Shown here: positions 63,511-64,000 of the stretch, piece by piece
Layout: every line of letters starts with the position of its first letter
Position numbering within the stretch: position 1 is the first letter of the stretch
Assembly (NCBI RefSeq): GCF_963921235.1
Contig: NC_086108.1
Location: 73,782,001-73,846,000, forward strand
DNA: 64,000 bases
Direction of reading: 5' to 3'
DNA from: Mobula hypostoma
Lineage: Eukaryota
Position numbers and translations under genes: made by a program
Notes under the pieces: model-generated
The model's database searches: none
Told to the model about the DNA's origin: nothing
The model's input: only the letters and a program-made list of their open reading frames with translations

Positions 63511-64000
63511 AGCAAAAAAAAAAATCAGGTTTGATTGGATCTACTTTAAATCAGCAATAATTTGGTTACTGGTTGAACTGACCTCTGAAAAGGCCTAGCT
63601 TGTCACTCGGTTAAAATTTCTTGAGGGCAACCAGCAATGAATTTCCAGAAATATCCCATGAAGAAGGCCAGATGTTGGTCAATCTTCCACCCATATTCAC
63701 TCACCATAATATTCCCTAGTTTTGTGCCAGAGAAGGCCTGAAGGTGAGATAATATGGATGATGGCTATACTTCAAGCCTATAAAGTTAAAAGAATCTTGG
63801 AAACAAAATTATAATTTGTTACAACCGAGTTTGTAAGATTTGGCTTGTAAAGTCTCTCCATGAAATCAAATTTTCTTCCAAGTCTTATCTTGATCAGACA
63901 TAATGAAAGATTTCCAAATCAGTTTGTGTATCGATATATGTCTGGTAATTTTAAGTAGGAACAAACTGCTATATTTTCTTTCCCAAGCCTAGCTACGCCA

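Noticed and set aside
63705..63737. 33-nt exon-like segment on the minus strand (cttcag|...|gtgagt)
   Set aside because: It has a stop in the phase-2 frame needed to join the next exon and no MAST-like peptide. It cannot be supported without RNA data.
1..64000. CRISPR arrays, prokaryotic operons or bacterial RT systems
   Set aside because: No regularly spaced repeat-spacer array. All RT and nuclease fragments belong to eukaryotic retroelements, and the context is a spliced vertebrate gene.

Overview
Eukaryotic, repeat-rich genomic DNA, most likely from a cartilaginous fish (shark or ray), inferred from HE1/V-type SINEs and abundant CR1, Rex1 and Penelope-like families. The window is almost entirely intronic sequence of a minus-strand MAST-family serine/threonine kinase gene, best matching MAST2. 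Three small coding exons, none annotated correctly by the ORF track, splice in frame: 44885-44812 (ATG-bearing first exon with a MAST1/MAST4-type N-terminus), 20769-20678 and 1421-1346. They encode [81 protein letters not shown]. The rest is a dense, nested set of transposons: CR1, Rex1/Babar, RTE, Neptune-type Penelope-like elements, tRNA-derived SINEs, a hAT/Charlie element with TSDs, a solo LTR and a tiny Tc1-type MITE. The most notable signals are (i) about eight copies of a minimal type I hammerhead ribozyme motif in Penelope termini, some within short fold-back elements; (ii) an out-of-frame uORF with good Kozak context overlapping the kinase start codon; and (iii) several young TSD-bounded insertions that are candidates for horizontal transfer. 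Repeat boundaries without TSDs are approximate. Family names come from motif recognition, not database searches.
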